Both the position numbers and the translations under genes were made by a program. From NCBI GenBank assembly GCA_949358305.1, contig OX442314.1, positions 5,084,001 to 5,148,000 of the forward strand: DNA of 64,000 nucleotides, given 5' to 3'. Below the pieces are notes generated by a model. It was not told where the DNA came from and did no database searches. It saw only the letters and a list, made by a program, of their open reading frames with translations. Position 1 is the stretch's first letter. Each line of letters opens with the position of its first letter. This document shows positions 12,291-26,375 of this stretch, piece by piece. The stretch comes from Strigamia acuminata. Lineage: Eukaryota.

Positions 12291-12994
12291 TCTAAATGAA
12301 TTTATTTTTCATAAAAATACAATTTTCTGCCTGATAATGCATTTGTTTGATAATGTCTAAAGACGTTATGTAAGTATAATAATGGGGGCCTCCTGTCGTA
12401 TGCGCTCCGCGTCCCCGAAGCCTTAACCAGCCCTGCTCTCAATGGGTGTTAATCGATATACCCTAGGTGTGGTCTTGATTAATAAATCCCAACCGGGTGG
12501 GACGAAACACACCGAAAGGCACCCGGTTGTTAAAAAATTTGAATCCTACCACTAAGGGGGTGTGCATCCACCCACCGCGCATTATTGGAAACTCACTCGA
12601 AGGAGCCGATAGAGCATTTAACTGTTATTTTGCATTGAAATAAAATCGATACAGTGCAACCTTGCGGTAACAAATCAAGAAAAGTCTCCGAAGCGGTTCC
12701 GCAGCCTTAACGGAGTTTTTTAACCTGGCATTGGTTCTATGTATCTTGATTATTAGGGTTTCCCTGCATGAATTTGTAATTAAATTGCAGAAATGGAGGA
12801 CTTTTTTTTTTTTTTTTTTTTTTTTTGGTTGCACTTGAGATCCAATTTTGCATTTTAATTTCTGCTTTATCATGGGCTTGATTGATTAAACAAAAATGGA
12901 CTTTTATTCGTAGAAAGTGGATGCCAATCACTTGACAAAGCATTCTCAAGTGGAATTTATACACACAAAAGGATTAAGTGGCTATTCCTTTTGG

Positions 12995-13280
12995 CAATTT
13001 TTGCATTTTTGCACATAAAAGTAGATGTTTTGCACATAAAAGTAGATTTTTTGCACATAAAAGTAGATTTTTGCACGTAAAAATACATTTTTTGCACGTA
13101 AAAGTACATTTTTGCACATAAAAATACATTTTTGCACATAAAAATACATTTTTGCAAGTACAATTTTGCACATAAAAGTACAATTTTGCACATAAAAGTA
13201 CATTTTTGCACATAAAAGTACATTTTTGCACATAAAAGTTCATTTTTGCACATAAAAGTACATTTTTGCATGTAAAAAGT
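12995..13280. repeat. 20-bp minisatellite (TTTTTGCACATAAAAGTACA)
   Basis: Tandem units visible. Confidence 0.9.
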
Positions 13281-13706
13281 ACACTTGCTGAGATCCATCT
13301 TAAGTCGATTTAGTCTTTGTGACACTCAGGACCAGCTATGACTCAACATCTTTGACTTAACACCTTTTGGCCTTCTTGCCATGGTGTGATTGGTCGACCA
13401 TTTATGGGACTTTCACTTAAATACCGAATACCGGCGTGCCGGTATAAAGTGAAGCGTGCCGATTGACGGCTCTTTCCAAACTCTGTATGACAGCACTTGT
13501 CAGTAGATGCATCCAAAGAGGTTATTTCAAAGTGTTTGTGTTTTTAGACCACTTTATTTTGCTTGTGATGGTTTCTGGTTACTTTTTCAGTGTAGATGTG
13601 TTTTATACTTGTGTTTACATTTGTGTTTTAGAGTGGTTTTGGTGTGTTTTATAATTATATCAAACGTTCAAGGAAGTGACATCACAAAATGGAAAAACAC
13701 AAACAC

Positions 13707-13921
13707 AGATGGGTTCAATGAAACCTGGAATTGGATCTAGTTCTAGAGCTAGTTCCAGAATTTGGAAATGGCGGTTTGTTTCCATGTGGCAGTCTCGCCA
13801 ACCAGACGTGAATCGACGAGAGTTGGAGTCGATCGTGATTGGTTGGCCGCAAGACCTTTCCTGGCGTTGCGTAGCGTCAGTTTTCTTGCGTTGCGTCTGG
13901 TGTGAACACAAGTGTGAACCT
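13707..13921 (+). repeat. Dispersed repeat family C
   Basis: Inverted near-copy at ~24500-24677 (both translate to the SRQPDVNRREL.SIVIGWPQD pseudo-peptide). Confidence 0.8.
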
Positions 13922-13957
13922 TGCTTAAATGCTTTCAAGAGATTAGACGATAATTAA

Positions 13958-14340
13958 CCTTCCCATAGCCATGGCTGGTTACCACACATGTGTAGCTATG
14001 ATCGGTCATTTCTGCCTTCTTTTCAAAAATCCTTCTGCACATGTGCACAATCACATTTTTCCTGGTGCAATCGCATTTTTCCTGGTAAAAGCACATGTTT
14101 TAGGACTAATTTTAATACGCCACCTAGTGCTAACAGATGGCAAAGCGGTCTACGGCGCTACAGATATTAACTTATCCTAATAATAATTGAAAAAATATTC
14201 ATTTTTAGACATTATAAAATAAGAAAAAAAAGTTTTTGAGGAATAAAAGTTGACCTCCTTAATTAATTTTCAGGAAAAAAATAATTACAGTTATTTTTCC
14301 ACTTCTGTAATTTTTTTGACCCACCATGGCTATGGGAAGG
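13958..14340. mobile_element. piggyBac-like MITE, copy 1
   Basis: TIR CCTTCCCATAGCCATGG...CCATGGCTATGGGAAGG flanked by TTAA on both sides (13954-57, 14341-44). Confidence 0.9.
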
Positions 14341-14944
14341 TTAAAATAGACTTTCAATCATTTGGTATGCAGTGGGAATCTAGGTTCTGTCAATAGAGTG
14401 TGAGTGTTCTGGGAGGGCAATTACGATATGTGAATTAATGATGTATTGGATATGATTGTAGCAATACACCCAATTCTTTTTTTACACGATCTTTTTTCAA
14501 CGAGAAATGAAGCAAAACGAGCTTGGAAAAATGTCTTTAGATGTTCAAAATGTAGGAAATTGGCTTAAATTTCTATAAATTTACACAAATTTTAACAACT
14601 ACCGTCGAAATATCGTGAAAACTTTAATCTTCGGTCCAAATTCCAACATAATTATTCATCCCGGGTTTTTGGTTTTCCACTTACATCGGCATCTTTATAC
14701 CGGCTCGCCAGCATATAAGCTTTGTAGCTGAAATCTCCAAAGGTTGGTAATTTCACCCACACCGGCCGGCATGCTGCTTAAAGCTGTTGATATTTAGTGT
14801 AAACCAATCACATCACCGTTTTTTCCCGGAAAAATGGCGATTTATGCATTTATTTCTGATTTTCGGAAAATAAACATTTATAGCCAATTTCGAATTTTTA
14901 TTGAATAAAAATAATTCCTATGCATTTATCCGGACATTTTAATT

Positions 14945-15038
14945 TTACCATCGTTGCAAGTGTCGGTATCGGCCGATATTCGGTTGCCGATTATCGGAAT
15001 CGGCGATACTGCAAAATATCGATATCAGTAAAAGTCTA
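14945..15038 (-). mobile_element. Fragment of the hAT-like MITE found complete at 61506-61805
   Basis: Reverse-complement match to 61506-61610. Confidence 0.7.
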
Positions 15039-16194
15039 CACAGTTGTACTTTATTTTTCGGTTCGCTCGACATGCGGATAATACGGCAGCCGTGTAAAAT
15101 CCTACGTTCCAATTAATCACCGAAAACAATAAATATTCCTGAAAATACCCAAAAAGTGATTACATCCCACACATAATTAAAATAAACAATAACAAAAAAA
15201 AAACACCTTTCCCCCCCCCCCCCAAAAAAAAAAAATCCATTCCGTTTGCAATTTAATCCAAATTGCATCCCAAATTGAGAAAAACAAGACCTAATGCTCG
15301 CTATATGAACTTGTATTCGGCACCCTTTAAAAAAAAAGAAGAAAAGATCATAAAGAGAGAAGAAAGAGCATCAGATAAGCTGGCAGCGCGCTGGAGAGAA
15401 AGAGCGGGCAACAGAGAGAAGAGAGAGAGAGAGAGAGAAGTCATTAAAAAAGACGCGAACGTTCGTTCCCTTGCTCCCGCACCTCGTGTGTGCACTGCGG
15501 TTGCGCACGAGCGGAGAAGCGCAAGCGAGTCGCACGCCGCTAATGAGGTCCCAGACGACGGCGAGCAAGACTATCTTTTTAGGCCTTGTTTATTACCGGC
15601 TGGATCGGCATGCGTAGATTGAATGAGACGCCCAAATGGTCCGCTACCGATTCCACGCCAAATTTACAGTAGCAACGACGCTTTTTCCAGCAGCTGCTCC
15701 TTCAACTCGCCATTAATGTCTTCTTTGTTCCCAGTCTCGGTAACACCCGCTGCTCGGCTTTTTTTCTTTTTTTTTTTTTTTTCTTTTTTTTTTGCTTCCC
15801 TTCTTTTGGATTGAAAATAAGCTTTGGCTTACACGCTCACAACCGGTGTAGTAATTGCTCTCGGGTTTCTTACAGCTGCTTCTCTGCGAATTTATCATTT
15901 GCTTAGATGTAAGCGTGATATACTTTAGAGGCAGTAAAAAAATGGACGTTTTGCGAGATTAATGGTTCGTGTTATGGGAGAAAAATGTTAAATTTGAGTG
16001 TACGGTGAACGCAGGTGCTCGGAGTGAAGTTGGCAGCGGCCGGAAGCTCGAAGCAAATTTATAAGGTCTGATGAAGAAGGCCGGCAATGGTCGAAAACGT
16101 TTTCGGGTTATACGAACTTTAAATTTGCGGGAACGCACTACACGGTCTAGATGGAACTTGAGCTAGCCTAGCTCAATATAAAGTAGCCTGTTAA

Positions 16195-16595
16195 CCTTCC
16201 CATAGCCAAGCCTAGTTTCCACCATTGCTAGCTAAGGTCGGTCAAATCGGCCTTCTTTTAAAATGCTTCTGCGCATGTGCAGAATCACATTTTTCCTGGT
16301 GCAATCGCATTTTTCCTGGTAAAAGCACATGTTTTAGGACTAATTTTAATACGCCACCTAGTGCAAACAGGTGGCAAAGCAGTGTACGGCGCTCCCATTA
16401 AGGGTGTTTATGTTATAAATATTAAATTATCTTAATAATAATTGAAAAACTATTTGTATTTAGACATTATAAAATAAGAAAAAAAAGTTTTTGAGGAATA
16501 CAAGTTAACCTCATTAATTAATTATCAGAAAAAAAAGAATTACATTGATTTTTCCACTTCTGTAATTTTTTTGACCTACCATGGCTATGGGAAGG
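16195..16595. mobile_element. piggyBac-like MITE, copy 2
   Basis: Same TIRs and internal sequence as copy 1; TTAA at 16191-94 and 16596-99. Confidence 0.9.
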
Positions 16596-17117
16596 TTAAT
16601 GTCATTCGCTCTTTTTTCTCTTTCTAGTCTTAGCAGACGACTATTTTGTGTTTGTGTTTGTAAATTACGATAAGAGATGGCACTTATTTCATAATTATTT
16701 TATGTTACATCACCTGGTGATAGTTTTTATTATTAATAAAAGTTTCCAAGATGGCTGCTTACATCGTGTGTATGTGTGTTTCTCACAACTTAAAAACATC
16801 TCTAGAATTACACCAAAGCGCATTAACATAGCCTGGCTTAAGTTTTTGAGCCAGACAGTTCGCACTAGCACTGTTTTTGAGGCTATTCCAGACACTACTT
16901 AGCAATAAATCCAGGAATAGTTGATGGAAAAAGAATGGCGGACAAACGAGCCACAATGTTGTTGTTAACACATTTTCAAGAGCAGTGCATTGTGGGGACG
17001 TGATTAATGAGACGTCAAAAGCGGTTTGTTACGCGCGTCGGGATTGGTCGGGAGACCGATTGTTGTTTTGTTAGGCCTAATCTCATTCGCGGCTATTTTT
17101 AGACAAAGCTAGTGGTA

Positions 17118-17300
17118 AATTCTCGACGAAATCGAGAAATTGTCGACGAATTCGAGAAAATGTCGACGAATTCGAGAAATTGTCGACGAATTCGAGAAAT
17201 TGTCGACGAATTCGAGAAATTGTCGACGAATTCGAGAAATTGTCGACGAATTCGAGAAATTGTCGACGAATTCGAGAAATTGTCGACGAATTCTAGGAAT
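17118..17300. repeat. 20-bp homogeneous minisatellite (TGTCGACGAATTCGAGAAAT)
   Basis: About nine near-perfect tandem copies with no spacers. Confidence 0.95.
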
Positions 17301-20300
17301 TTTTGATGAATTTGAGAAATTCTTGACAAATTTGGGAAATTTCTCTGGAGCTAAGTCTGCGGATGGGCCGACATGCCGCCAACTATGCCTGTCAGTAGAC
17401 TTGCTCCGGCTGGCACGTGACAATCTGCAAAAGCAGCTGCCGTTTAGGCAGCGGTGGTTTATCCACTAGGCACATTTGGCACATGCCCAGGGCCCCCATA
17501 CCCTCTCCAGAATTCATTTTTAACCGTTACGGGATCATTTTTCCCCGCTTGAAACGCTCCAATTTTCCTCCTAAAGTTTCATTTTTATATCTGTGTGGGT
17601 TTTTTCGCCTTCGCGTGTTTCCCATAACGACTTTTGGCCGTGTTTCCAAAAACCCCCCATTCTATTTTTCAACCGGCCACAAATCGCTTAATTTGTGCTG
17701 CTTTTCCACTCTGGGCTTCAATTAACTTTGTATTTACTCCACCAGTGGCATAAATGGATACAAATGATGATCTAGCGCAAACCATGAAAGTACGAAGTGG
17801 GAAAAAAGCCGTCGGAATGTTCATGCATGAAATAATGGTTTTGTTTACCAGACAAACAAGAAGTAGATTGGGAGAAATTAAATGAATGGGGAAGGAATTA
17901 AGGGGGTGTGAGAAAAAATGCTCAAATTAATAAGCATGTAAATTTTTCAGATGTAATTAGGAGCGCCAATATTCTGTCTAGTGTGGGAACCTTAGCCTGT
18001 TGATTATCAATTATGGCCAGGATTAACCTGGCAGACATTTTTCATGCTTTTTTTTTATTGCCGGGGAGCCTAGGGAGGGGCAAAAAATGATGTTGAAATA
18101 TTTTTTAATTGGAAAACTAATTGTGGAACTAATATGGGGAGAGGGTGTGGGGGGGGGGGAGGGTGTGGGGGGGGAGAATTTATTAAAGTGTTGACTTGTG
18201 GGTTTTCTGCTCTGCTCAATTTGGAGAATGGAGCATGTTGACAGATTTGAATGAAGCCTCAAGAGGATCTTTGTTGCATATTGGAATGATTTGATCAAGA
18301 TTGTAATTGCAGAATTCCAGTTGCATCAAACTGGATAATTTGGAGTTTTAATTAAAGAACAAATTGCAGGGCTTTCTATTAATTATTGCATTAAGAAGTT
18401 GGACAATAGACGCTTCGATTAAGTGACTGCGGATAGATTTTCCGATAATATTGCACAGCATTTCTTGTGTATAGTACTTGGGCTATTGATTGCGTTAACA
18501 TCGGGTGCGTTCAATTCTGGAAGGATAAGTGACTTATTTGACGTTAATGACTATTGGGAAGCTGGGGAGCGACAATCGGCATCTGAGTGTCAGAGTCGAA
18601 ACTATTGAGATAGACGCAGGGCGGATTTAAGAATAGTTTATAATTGTTGCGCTCATTTTTGCGAGAATTAATCGCTTGGACCTGGTGTGGGTACTCGATA
18701 ATGCAGTGATTGTGATTATTGGATCAATGTCGTTTGAATTAAAGCCGTGCGTTGTAATGTTAACGGACTCTTTACTGGAAGTGATGTAGGCAAGTGCTGT
18801 TTCTTGGGTTGCATACAAGATTGGTGGCCATTTTGGAAGAAAAAATGTAGGGAAACTCCAGCTGGACTGCGGTTTAACAGCTTGCGAGAAACAACGGAGT
18901 TTATCATTTAGTTTTCTTCGGCGGCTTAACTACAACTTTTCCAACCCCAGAAAAACAAAAAAAGGTTTCCATGTATCTGCTTTATTTTCTTCTAAAATTA
19001 ACCAAAAAATAACTTATTTTAATTATCTTTGGGTTTCCTAATGTCATGGGTCTTTGAGCACTGCCATTGCATAGGCATACAGGGTGTCGACTTTAAAGGG
19101 TTCCAGGCAAATTACAGAAGCGACTTTCTTTCGCAAACAAACCGTGCTCTACAACTTTATAATTGGAACATTTTGTCGTATGTTCTAGTATTCTCCAGTT
19201 TGGTCACTAGAGCTAATGGTCAAGTCCACTACATTGAAGGATCAACATCTTGCCTTTTATCAATATTTGTTTCCTGAAAGAACGGGCTATCGCGGGTTCA
19301 CTAGAAAAATGTTGCTGGCTTATCTATTCACTCTAGTGGCCACAAATGAAAACAATCATTATTTCATAATCTGACAGCTTGATGTAAGCGACAATTTTTA
19401 TGGGCACGGTGAGACAATTGAGACGATTGATAGAAGAAGTGTACCAAGACATAGATTATCGGTGAAATAAGCTGTCAATAAGTTATTCCAATGCATTTTT
19501 ACTCAATAGCAATCTAGTATTATGGCATTGAAGCAATATCACCAACTTTATCAGTATTTATAAGCTGAAATGTCTAGAAGCATTTCCAACTTGTTGAATA
19601 ATAGATATGTCTTTGGCTTCGTTCGAACGGAGGAATAGAATCCCCACCGAATACTCGACAGTATTAAGCTGACAGAGATGTTTACTAGGCTTTTTTCAGT
19701 ATGGAGTAATCAAATTTTCTGGTTGCACATTTTTTTGTAAATAAAGATATCAACTTTAAAAAGAAAAGATTTTGGTCTGAATTGTTGAAAACTAGAAGAA
19801 ATGTGGGCATATGGTTAAAAAAATATGTTGAAATTATATTGCAATGTATTTTGACGAGAATGTGAGGTATTTGGATTTTATACCATTTTGATATAATAAT
19901 TTTGTCATAGTGTTAAATACTATTACTTGAAGTTCGGTATGTTTATTTTTAGCTGTGTTGTGTGCGTCAGAGATATTGTTTTTTTTCTGCCACAAGTTTA
20001 CATTTTGAATTGAATATTGCATTTTGCATACCGTGTTTTATCGATTAACCCTTAGAAGGACAACAACTGTACCATTTTGGGTACAACAAACACTCTTCTT
20101 GAATAGAAAAACTTTTTTTTGGTTTACTACAATTATCTGAAAATTTCTGACTTTGTTCACACAACAATAATGTTTGTTTCAAAAAAAATTTGGAGTGTTC
20201 TGTACGTTATTTATTTATTTATACACCTTTGAAAATTCTGCCCTTTTTGAAATTTGAGCTTAAATTTAAGTTGGCTTCTCCCAATCTTATAAAAGCACTT

Positions 20301-20421
20301 CCACTTAGTGCTTCCAATTTTTACCATCAGACGCCGTATGGCGCTAGTAGTCCAACACAAGTGATTATGTTATGATTACGGTTCCAATTTAGTTCCAAAT
20401 TCATTCTCACTACTATGTATA

Positions 20422-20672
20422 CAGGGTGGAAGAAAAGTCTGTTCTCCTCAAATATTTTCTGAGCAATTGCGTCTAGGCCAACTTTGATGAAGCGATCGTA
20501 TAGGAAGTTGGGTGAGAGCAATCCAATAATGTCATCAAATTTGACCTTGAAGGCCATTTTAAAGGTCATTCACTTGCTAACTTCTAAACCAATCAGGTTA
20601 GAGAAAAATTTCCAATTACAAAGTTGTAGAGCACCATCAAATTAGTACTATCCAACTTATCTTAGTCATCTT
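20422..20672. mobile_element. Tc1/mariner-type MITE family D, one end missing
   Basis: TA|CAGGGTGGAAGAAAAG terminus; inverted near-copy of 58965-59228. Confidence 0.8.
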
Positions 20673-22199
20673 AAGTTAAATGTTTTCTGTTTTCTGGCTA
20701 CTATTCGCGGGTGGCTACTATTCGCGGGCGACTGTTAATTGGTATAATTCAGTAGTTGCCGCTTGACTTCAAATTATTTTGATTTGATTTTCATTAACCA
20801 AAATGAACCCACGGAGAGAAGTAATCGGGATGAACGGCCGATTGACTCCGGCCGAAAGATTTTTTGAAAGTCAAACAGCATCATTTCCGGTTGACCAAAC
20901 ACACTCGAGCAATTTGTTCTTTTTTTTCAATTCGGAGTCTCAATTGAATTGCATCGGGTTGTAACTTAAATTGCACGTCGGGGAATCGAATGCGATGACA
21001 CGTGATTGAAAACTGAGTGTTTGGTTTTGTTAAATCCCCATTGTTAACGCTTTGCGTCAAATGCCGGCTTAATGAACGCCGCTTGTGCAAAATCTAAAAT
21101 ACTTGCTGAATCACGAGCGACGCGGGTGCACTCAAATTGCAATAAAGTTGTTCACGCGCCCGATCAAGCACGAATCATCGTTTCGACATTTACTACTGTT
21201 GCAGAAAGCCAACTTAATTAGTTCTAGCACGATTAAAACAAGACTTTACATTTGCAAGTATTTCATTGTTCAACAAGTAAAGTAAATATAGAAAAAAAAA
21301 CTGCTTTTGGGTTAAGGCTTTTACCGACAGAGGGCGCAAGCAACGCCGGAAGTTGAAACAATCAAACAATTATGTCAATATTTGTCCCCTCACCAGTTGC
21401 TGCATTGTTGTGATCACATGATCTTGTCACCTGGCCTCATTTTTCCAAAAAAATGCCAACAATGAGTTAACGGCTGTAGTCATGGCGAGCCGCCATTTGT
21501 CTTTTGTCAGTTGGAAGTTGTAATATTGCAACAATGTGTTGACGGGCCAACATTGTTGACAAAACTGGGAAGTCCAAACCATTATAGTTATTTAGGCCTA
21601 TTTTTGATGTAACAATGGCATTTTTAAAGCTGAAATTGTTTAGGAAAGCATTGTTTGGTTGAGGATTGTTTATTTGCAACGGAGGGAAAAATAGTTTATA
21701 GTGTAACAATAATAAGAAAAGCAACAAAGTACCGTGTTTAACAAGCAGAAATCACTTTCTTGCTTTGTTATTGCTTTATTTGACATGTTTGAAAGGATTT
21801 ATTATCCAAATTGTGAGAAAACTCGCATCTTTTGACCATTTTGATGTAGAAATATGCCCAGAATGATGGCTTGGAATGAAGAATGATGAGCCAGGAAGTG
21901 GAGCACAGCAGAATACACAACTCACAATTTAAACTATTTTTTCGTTTTAAACAAGAGAGTTGGAATTAAAAAAATAAAATAAAGTAAAGTAAAAATTAAA
22001 GTTGATTGTTTGGTGTTGGTTGCAGCTTGATTTCTGGCAGTTTAGTGGAAAAATTACTTTTCTGGATAAGTGGTCATGCGAACACCCAAGCATATGACAG
22101 ACAGGTGGTTGCCCAATACACTGTTGGTTCTTGAGATATTGCAATATATAAACTTTGTGATATTGAAATTATAATTTTGTATTTTCAAGTAGCGATAGA

Positions 22200-22960
22200 A
22201 TATCCCAACATCGCAATTTGCAATGTAGATCGTAATAAAATCGCAAAATTTTCAAAGTATTGTAATAAATCGCAAAATTTGCAATGTATTGTAATAAATC
22301 GCAAAATGTGCAATATATTGTAGCAAAATTTGCAATATATTGTAGCAAAATTTGCAATATATTGTAGCAAAATTTGCAATATATTGTAGCAAAATTTGCA
22401 ATATATTGTAGCAAAATTTGCAATATATTGTAGCAAAATTTGCAATATATTGTAGCAAAATTTGCAATATATTGTAGCAAAATTTGCAATATATTGTAGC
22501 AAAATTTGCAATATATTGTAGCAAAATTTGCAATATATTGTAGCAAAATTTGCAATATATTGCAGCAAAATTTGCAATATATTGTAGCAAAATTTGCAAT
22601 ATATTGCAGCAAAATTTGCAATATATTGTAGCAAAATTTGCAATATATTGTAGCAAAATTTGCAATATATTGCAGCAAAATTTGCAATATATTGCAGCAA
22701 AATTTGCAATATATTGCAGCAAAATTTGCAATATATTGTAGCAAAATTTGCCATATATTGTAGCAAAATTTTATTGTAATAAAATCGCAAAATTTGCAAT
22801 TTTTTGTAATAAAATCGCAAAATTTGCAATATATTGTAATAAAATCGCAAAATTTGCAATATATTGTAATAAAATCGCAAAATTTGCAATACATTGTAAT
22901 AAAATTGCAAAATTTGCAAAACATTGTAGCAAAATCGCAAAAATTGCAACATATTTTCAT
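22200..22960. repeat. 22-bp palindromic minisatellite (TGTAGCAAAATTTGCAATATAT) grading into 30-bp units
   Basis: About 20 near-perfect copies; source of the repetitive ORFs 22169-23005. Confidence 0.95.
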
Positions 22961-24399
22961 AAAATTCCAAAATTTTCAAAATTTAGATTTTTTTTACTAA
23001 ACTAAAATACAAACCGACGAGGGGCCCAACAATAGTTCGGAAAGGGCCCACGCGGAACTTAGTTGCGCATGTTTTTGTTTCTCTCACCAATGCCATCTAA
23101 AATCGGTGTATTTTATCCGCTCCACCCTCCAAAGGGCCCCATTTTCTCCTTTTTCATCCAGGCCCATCATCACATAGTAGGCACAGGACCCCGAGAGCCA
23201 TTCCCTAAAAAAAAATATTTTTCAAAAAACCTTTTTCCAAATTTTTTATTTTCGCAAAATAAAGTGTAACAGGCTTCGGCCAACGCAATTCCCGCGAGAA
23301 CTGCGAAAAGCGATAAATCCGTCGCTATCTGGCGCGATTAGATGTTCGAATGCAATGCCGCACTTGATATTGCGCCGTTTAATTTTAACGCAATTTCACA
23401 AATTGAATGAGACAAGAAAACTAGATTAAGAAAAGACGAAGACAAACGGGCGATTTAGCGACTCTGGAATTTGCGAGTTGACGCGGTTGCGGCGAAAGGA
23501 ATTGCGACGATAAAGTCAAAACGGCCAGGCAAGTGCTGGGGAGGAGCCGCCATTCATTCATCCCGAAAAAATATATTTTATTTTTTTTTTATCCTGTCCG
23601 GAATTGAATCAAGCGGAAAAGTGGATGAAGTTCGTTTTCTGCATTTCTACAACGCGATTTTGCGGGATCGCCTGCGCGATTCCTTTGTGCTCGGCGTGAT
23701 GGAGGAGGAGAGAGAGAGAGAAAAAAAAGATGTTACATATCCTTCTCTCCCTCTTCTCCATTTTTCTCAATGCCTTAAGATGGAATGTGGTTGATAGAAT
23801 AAATTCCAATGGAAATTTTTAACGTTTTATATGTTATATATCATGGGCTGAGCCCGGAGGAAAGCGGGTTTGGGATTGTAAATCTCTTTGGGTTCTGAAT
23901 GTGCTTTCAGGAGGTGGTTTTGGAAATAGATTTCGATGGAAAATGGTGTTGTAATCAATAATCAATGGGTTTTTGGCGGAGGTTTTCGCTCGTTTGGTTA
24001 GAAAGTTTGGTTAAGACTGCGGTAAGTGGCGGCGGACCGGGTGGAAAGGTGGAAACACGAGGGAGCGGGTAAAATTCTATGTGTAAGTTGGGCCTGTTTC
24101 CGATTGGTTGAGCCTTTTCACTTGTGTAGTGATACCAAAAATAGATCAAAACAATGGTTGCCATTTTGAAAATTGTTTTGTTTTCTGGAAGAAGCGAGCA
24201 ATAAACTTAATAAACAGGAATGTTGAAATAAACTGACGTAAATGTTTATTTTATGACTTCGAGATACATTTTCTTGGAATATACAAACAACATTACATCA
24301 TTTCAATGATTAAAATCATCAAACAAATTTAAAACCACTCTGAACTATTTTTCCTGGTGGCAGCACAGAGTGAGTTATGAGGCTCAGCCAATCGGAAAT

Positions 24400-24677
24400 A
24401 GGCCCAAGTTACACATGGACAGAGTATAGACACAACGCAAGCCGCTTGCGTCCAAAAATTCTTGACGTTGACGCCAATTCCTGCTGCAAGTCCAAGTTGA
24501 AGTAAGCGACGCAACGCAAGGAAAAGTCTTGCGGCCAACCAATCACGATCGAGTCCAACTCTCGTCGATTCACGTCTGGTTGGCGAGACTTTGCCGCACG
24601 CAAACAGGCTGTCGTTTTTGGATTCTGGAACGAGTTCTAGAACTAGATCCAATTCCAGGTTTCATTGAAACTATCTG
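24400..24677 (-). repeat. Dispersed repeat family C, second copy
   Basis: Reverse-complement similarity to 13707-13921. Confidence 0.75.
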
Positions 24678-25560
24678 ATTGGCCAGATGCAACATCAATT
24701 GTTTCAGCTCAGTTCACACGTGGCCTACAGTGTGAACAGACTCTGCGTTGCATTTGACTAATTTTTCCTTGCTTAAGTTGTCCTGTACTAATGCGAAGAA
24801 GGAGCCATCTGTCGTCGAATTGTTAAAACATTTTGCTGGCTAGTGGCAGACAACTGACAAGGAGACTGAAAGAGTGTGTAATCCACTATTGTTAAAATTG
24901 TTTGTAAATAAAACATTCACATGACCTAAACAATCTATTTTTCTCATATTAAAATGCACCTCTCTCTCACATTGTTACAAACAGTTACAACACACAGGAT
25001 TCCTTACTGTGTGTTGAAACACAAGGGTGAATCGCATTAGAGTCTAACATTTAAATTGTGCTGGATGGGAAGTCCTGTAGTATGTGTGTGCGGAGCAAAG
25101 GAAGGCTTCAGTGATATAATTTTCCATACATAAAAATGGCATTTCAAACTCTGCGTAATGGTTTTAGTTTCAAATAAAAATTTTAATTAGTTACGGAGTA
25201 ATTACATTTTCGAAATCATCAGCTTTCTCTGGCTCACCTTGTGCTTATGTCTTTGCGAAAGTTTTCACCCCCAGATCTACCGTGTTTTCTCAATTATATA
25301 GAGACGCCCTCGTTTTGTAGCCGCCCTCGAATAGTAGCCGCGGCTACTATTTGTAACCGAACAGGAAACGGTTAATGAAACATTCGTTGATGATGATGGT
25401 TACTTAAATAGAAAATTTAAAAAGTAGTAAAATTTTAATAGAAAAAATTTAAATTTTACTGAGAAATATAAAATTGTAATGAAAAAAGTAAAATTTCAAT
25501 CAAAAAATGGGAATTTCAATGGAAAAAAGTGAAATTTTAATGAAAAAATTGAATTACAAG

Positions 25561-25689
25561 TACTGTCACACGGTAAAGCTGTGACGTCAATGTGGCAAAC
25601 GCCATCTACCAATGATTTATTGAACTAAACTAGATCAAAATGCGGGTAGAAGCCAGCCGGTAACGGCACGGCTTTATCGTGTGACAATA
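25561..25689. mobile_element. Small MITE-like inverted-repeat element
   Basis: TACTGTCACACGGTAAAGCTGTG ... CACGGCTTTATCGTGTGACAATA imperfect TIRs. Confidence 0.55.
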
Positions 25690-26207
25690 TTGTTTTATGA
25701 ATTTATCCTTGCATTTAAAAAGAAGTTATAAGATAATTACTTTTCCAAATGATGGCCTCCCATATATCACCATTTTACGCATAAAATTCTTCATTTGCTC
25801 TGTTTCATCACGGCTCTTCTAACGCTCACCGAGAAGATGGCTTATAAAAAACATGGGGGAATTGTCACATGATTATAAGTATGGTTCAGGGTGTTGAATC
25901 AGTTGATGTGAGGTGACAATTGTATTTGGTGGTAAGCTGATAGTCATTGCTACAATTTTGGGCTTGATAGCAGACTTGCCTCTTTAATAATAATAATAAT
26001 ACTGGTGCACATACACAGACCGGGGCGGCTTTAAGTTGCTTTTTGCTTTATGGCTATGATTGCAGACATGATGATGCACTAATGATGGCTATTTGTAACA
26101 AGAGACCGCTGTTTTGATGCACTCTTTTGAACCAGGGAATAAAAATGTCTAGTAAATTGGAAATTCTTGTAAATAAAAAAAAAGGAAATCGGACACTCCA
26201 ACAACAA

Positions 26208-26375
26208 GATTTACACAGATTCACACAGATTCACTCAGATTTTTATAGATTTGTAAAGATTTTTATGGATTTTTACAGATTTATATGGATTTACACAGAT
26301 TTACACAGATTTATATAGATTTATACAGATTTATATAGATTTATACAGATTTATATGGATTTATACAGATTTACA
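26208..26375. repeat. 10-bp minisatellite (GATTTATACA)
   Basis: Tandem units visible. Confidence 0.9.

Noticed and set aside
15263..15814. ORFs over the GA-rich/CpG-rich island
   Set aside because: Low-complexity translation with no splice or homology support; more likely regulatory.
17118..17300. CRISPR-like or polylinker-like array (SalI/EcoRI sites)
   Set aside because: No unique spacers or cas genes; the array degenerates into its flanks like a natural minisatellite.
18400..19700. Possible decayed LINE reverse transcriptase on the minus strand
   Set aside because: Only faint hints (WNP, HTRS); no convincing RT motif could be read.
22169..23005. 260-aa Cys/Tyr-rich ORFs in several frames
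   Set aside because: Artefact of the 22-bp tandem repeat, which is open in several frames.
24779..25000. Possible solo LTR (TGTCCTGT...ACAGGAT)
   Set aside because: No terminal CA or TSD, and no second copy in the window.
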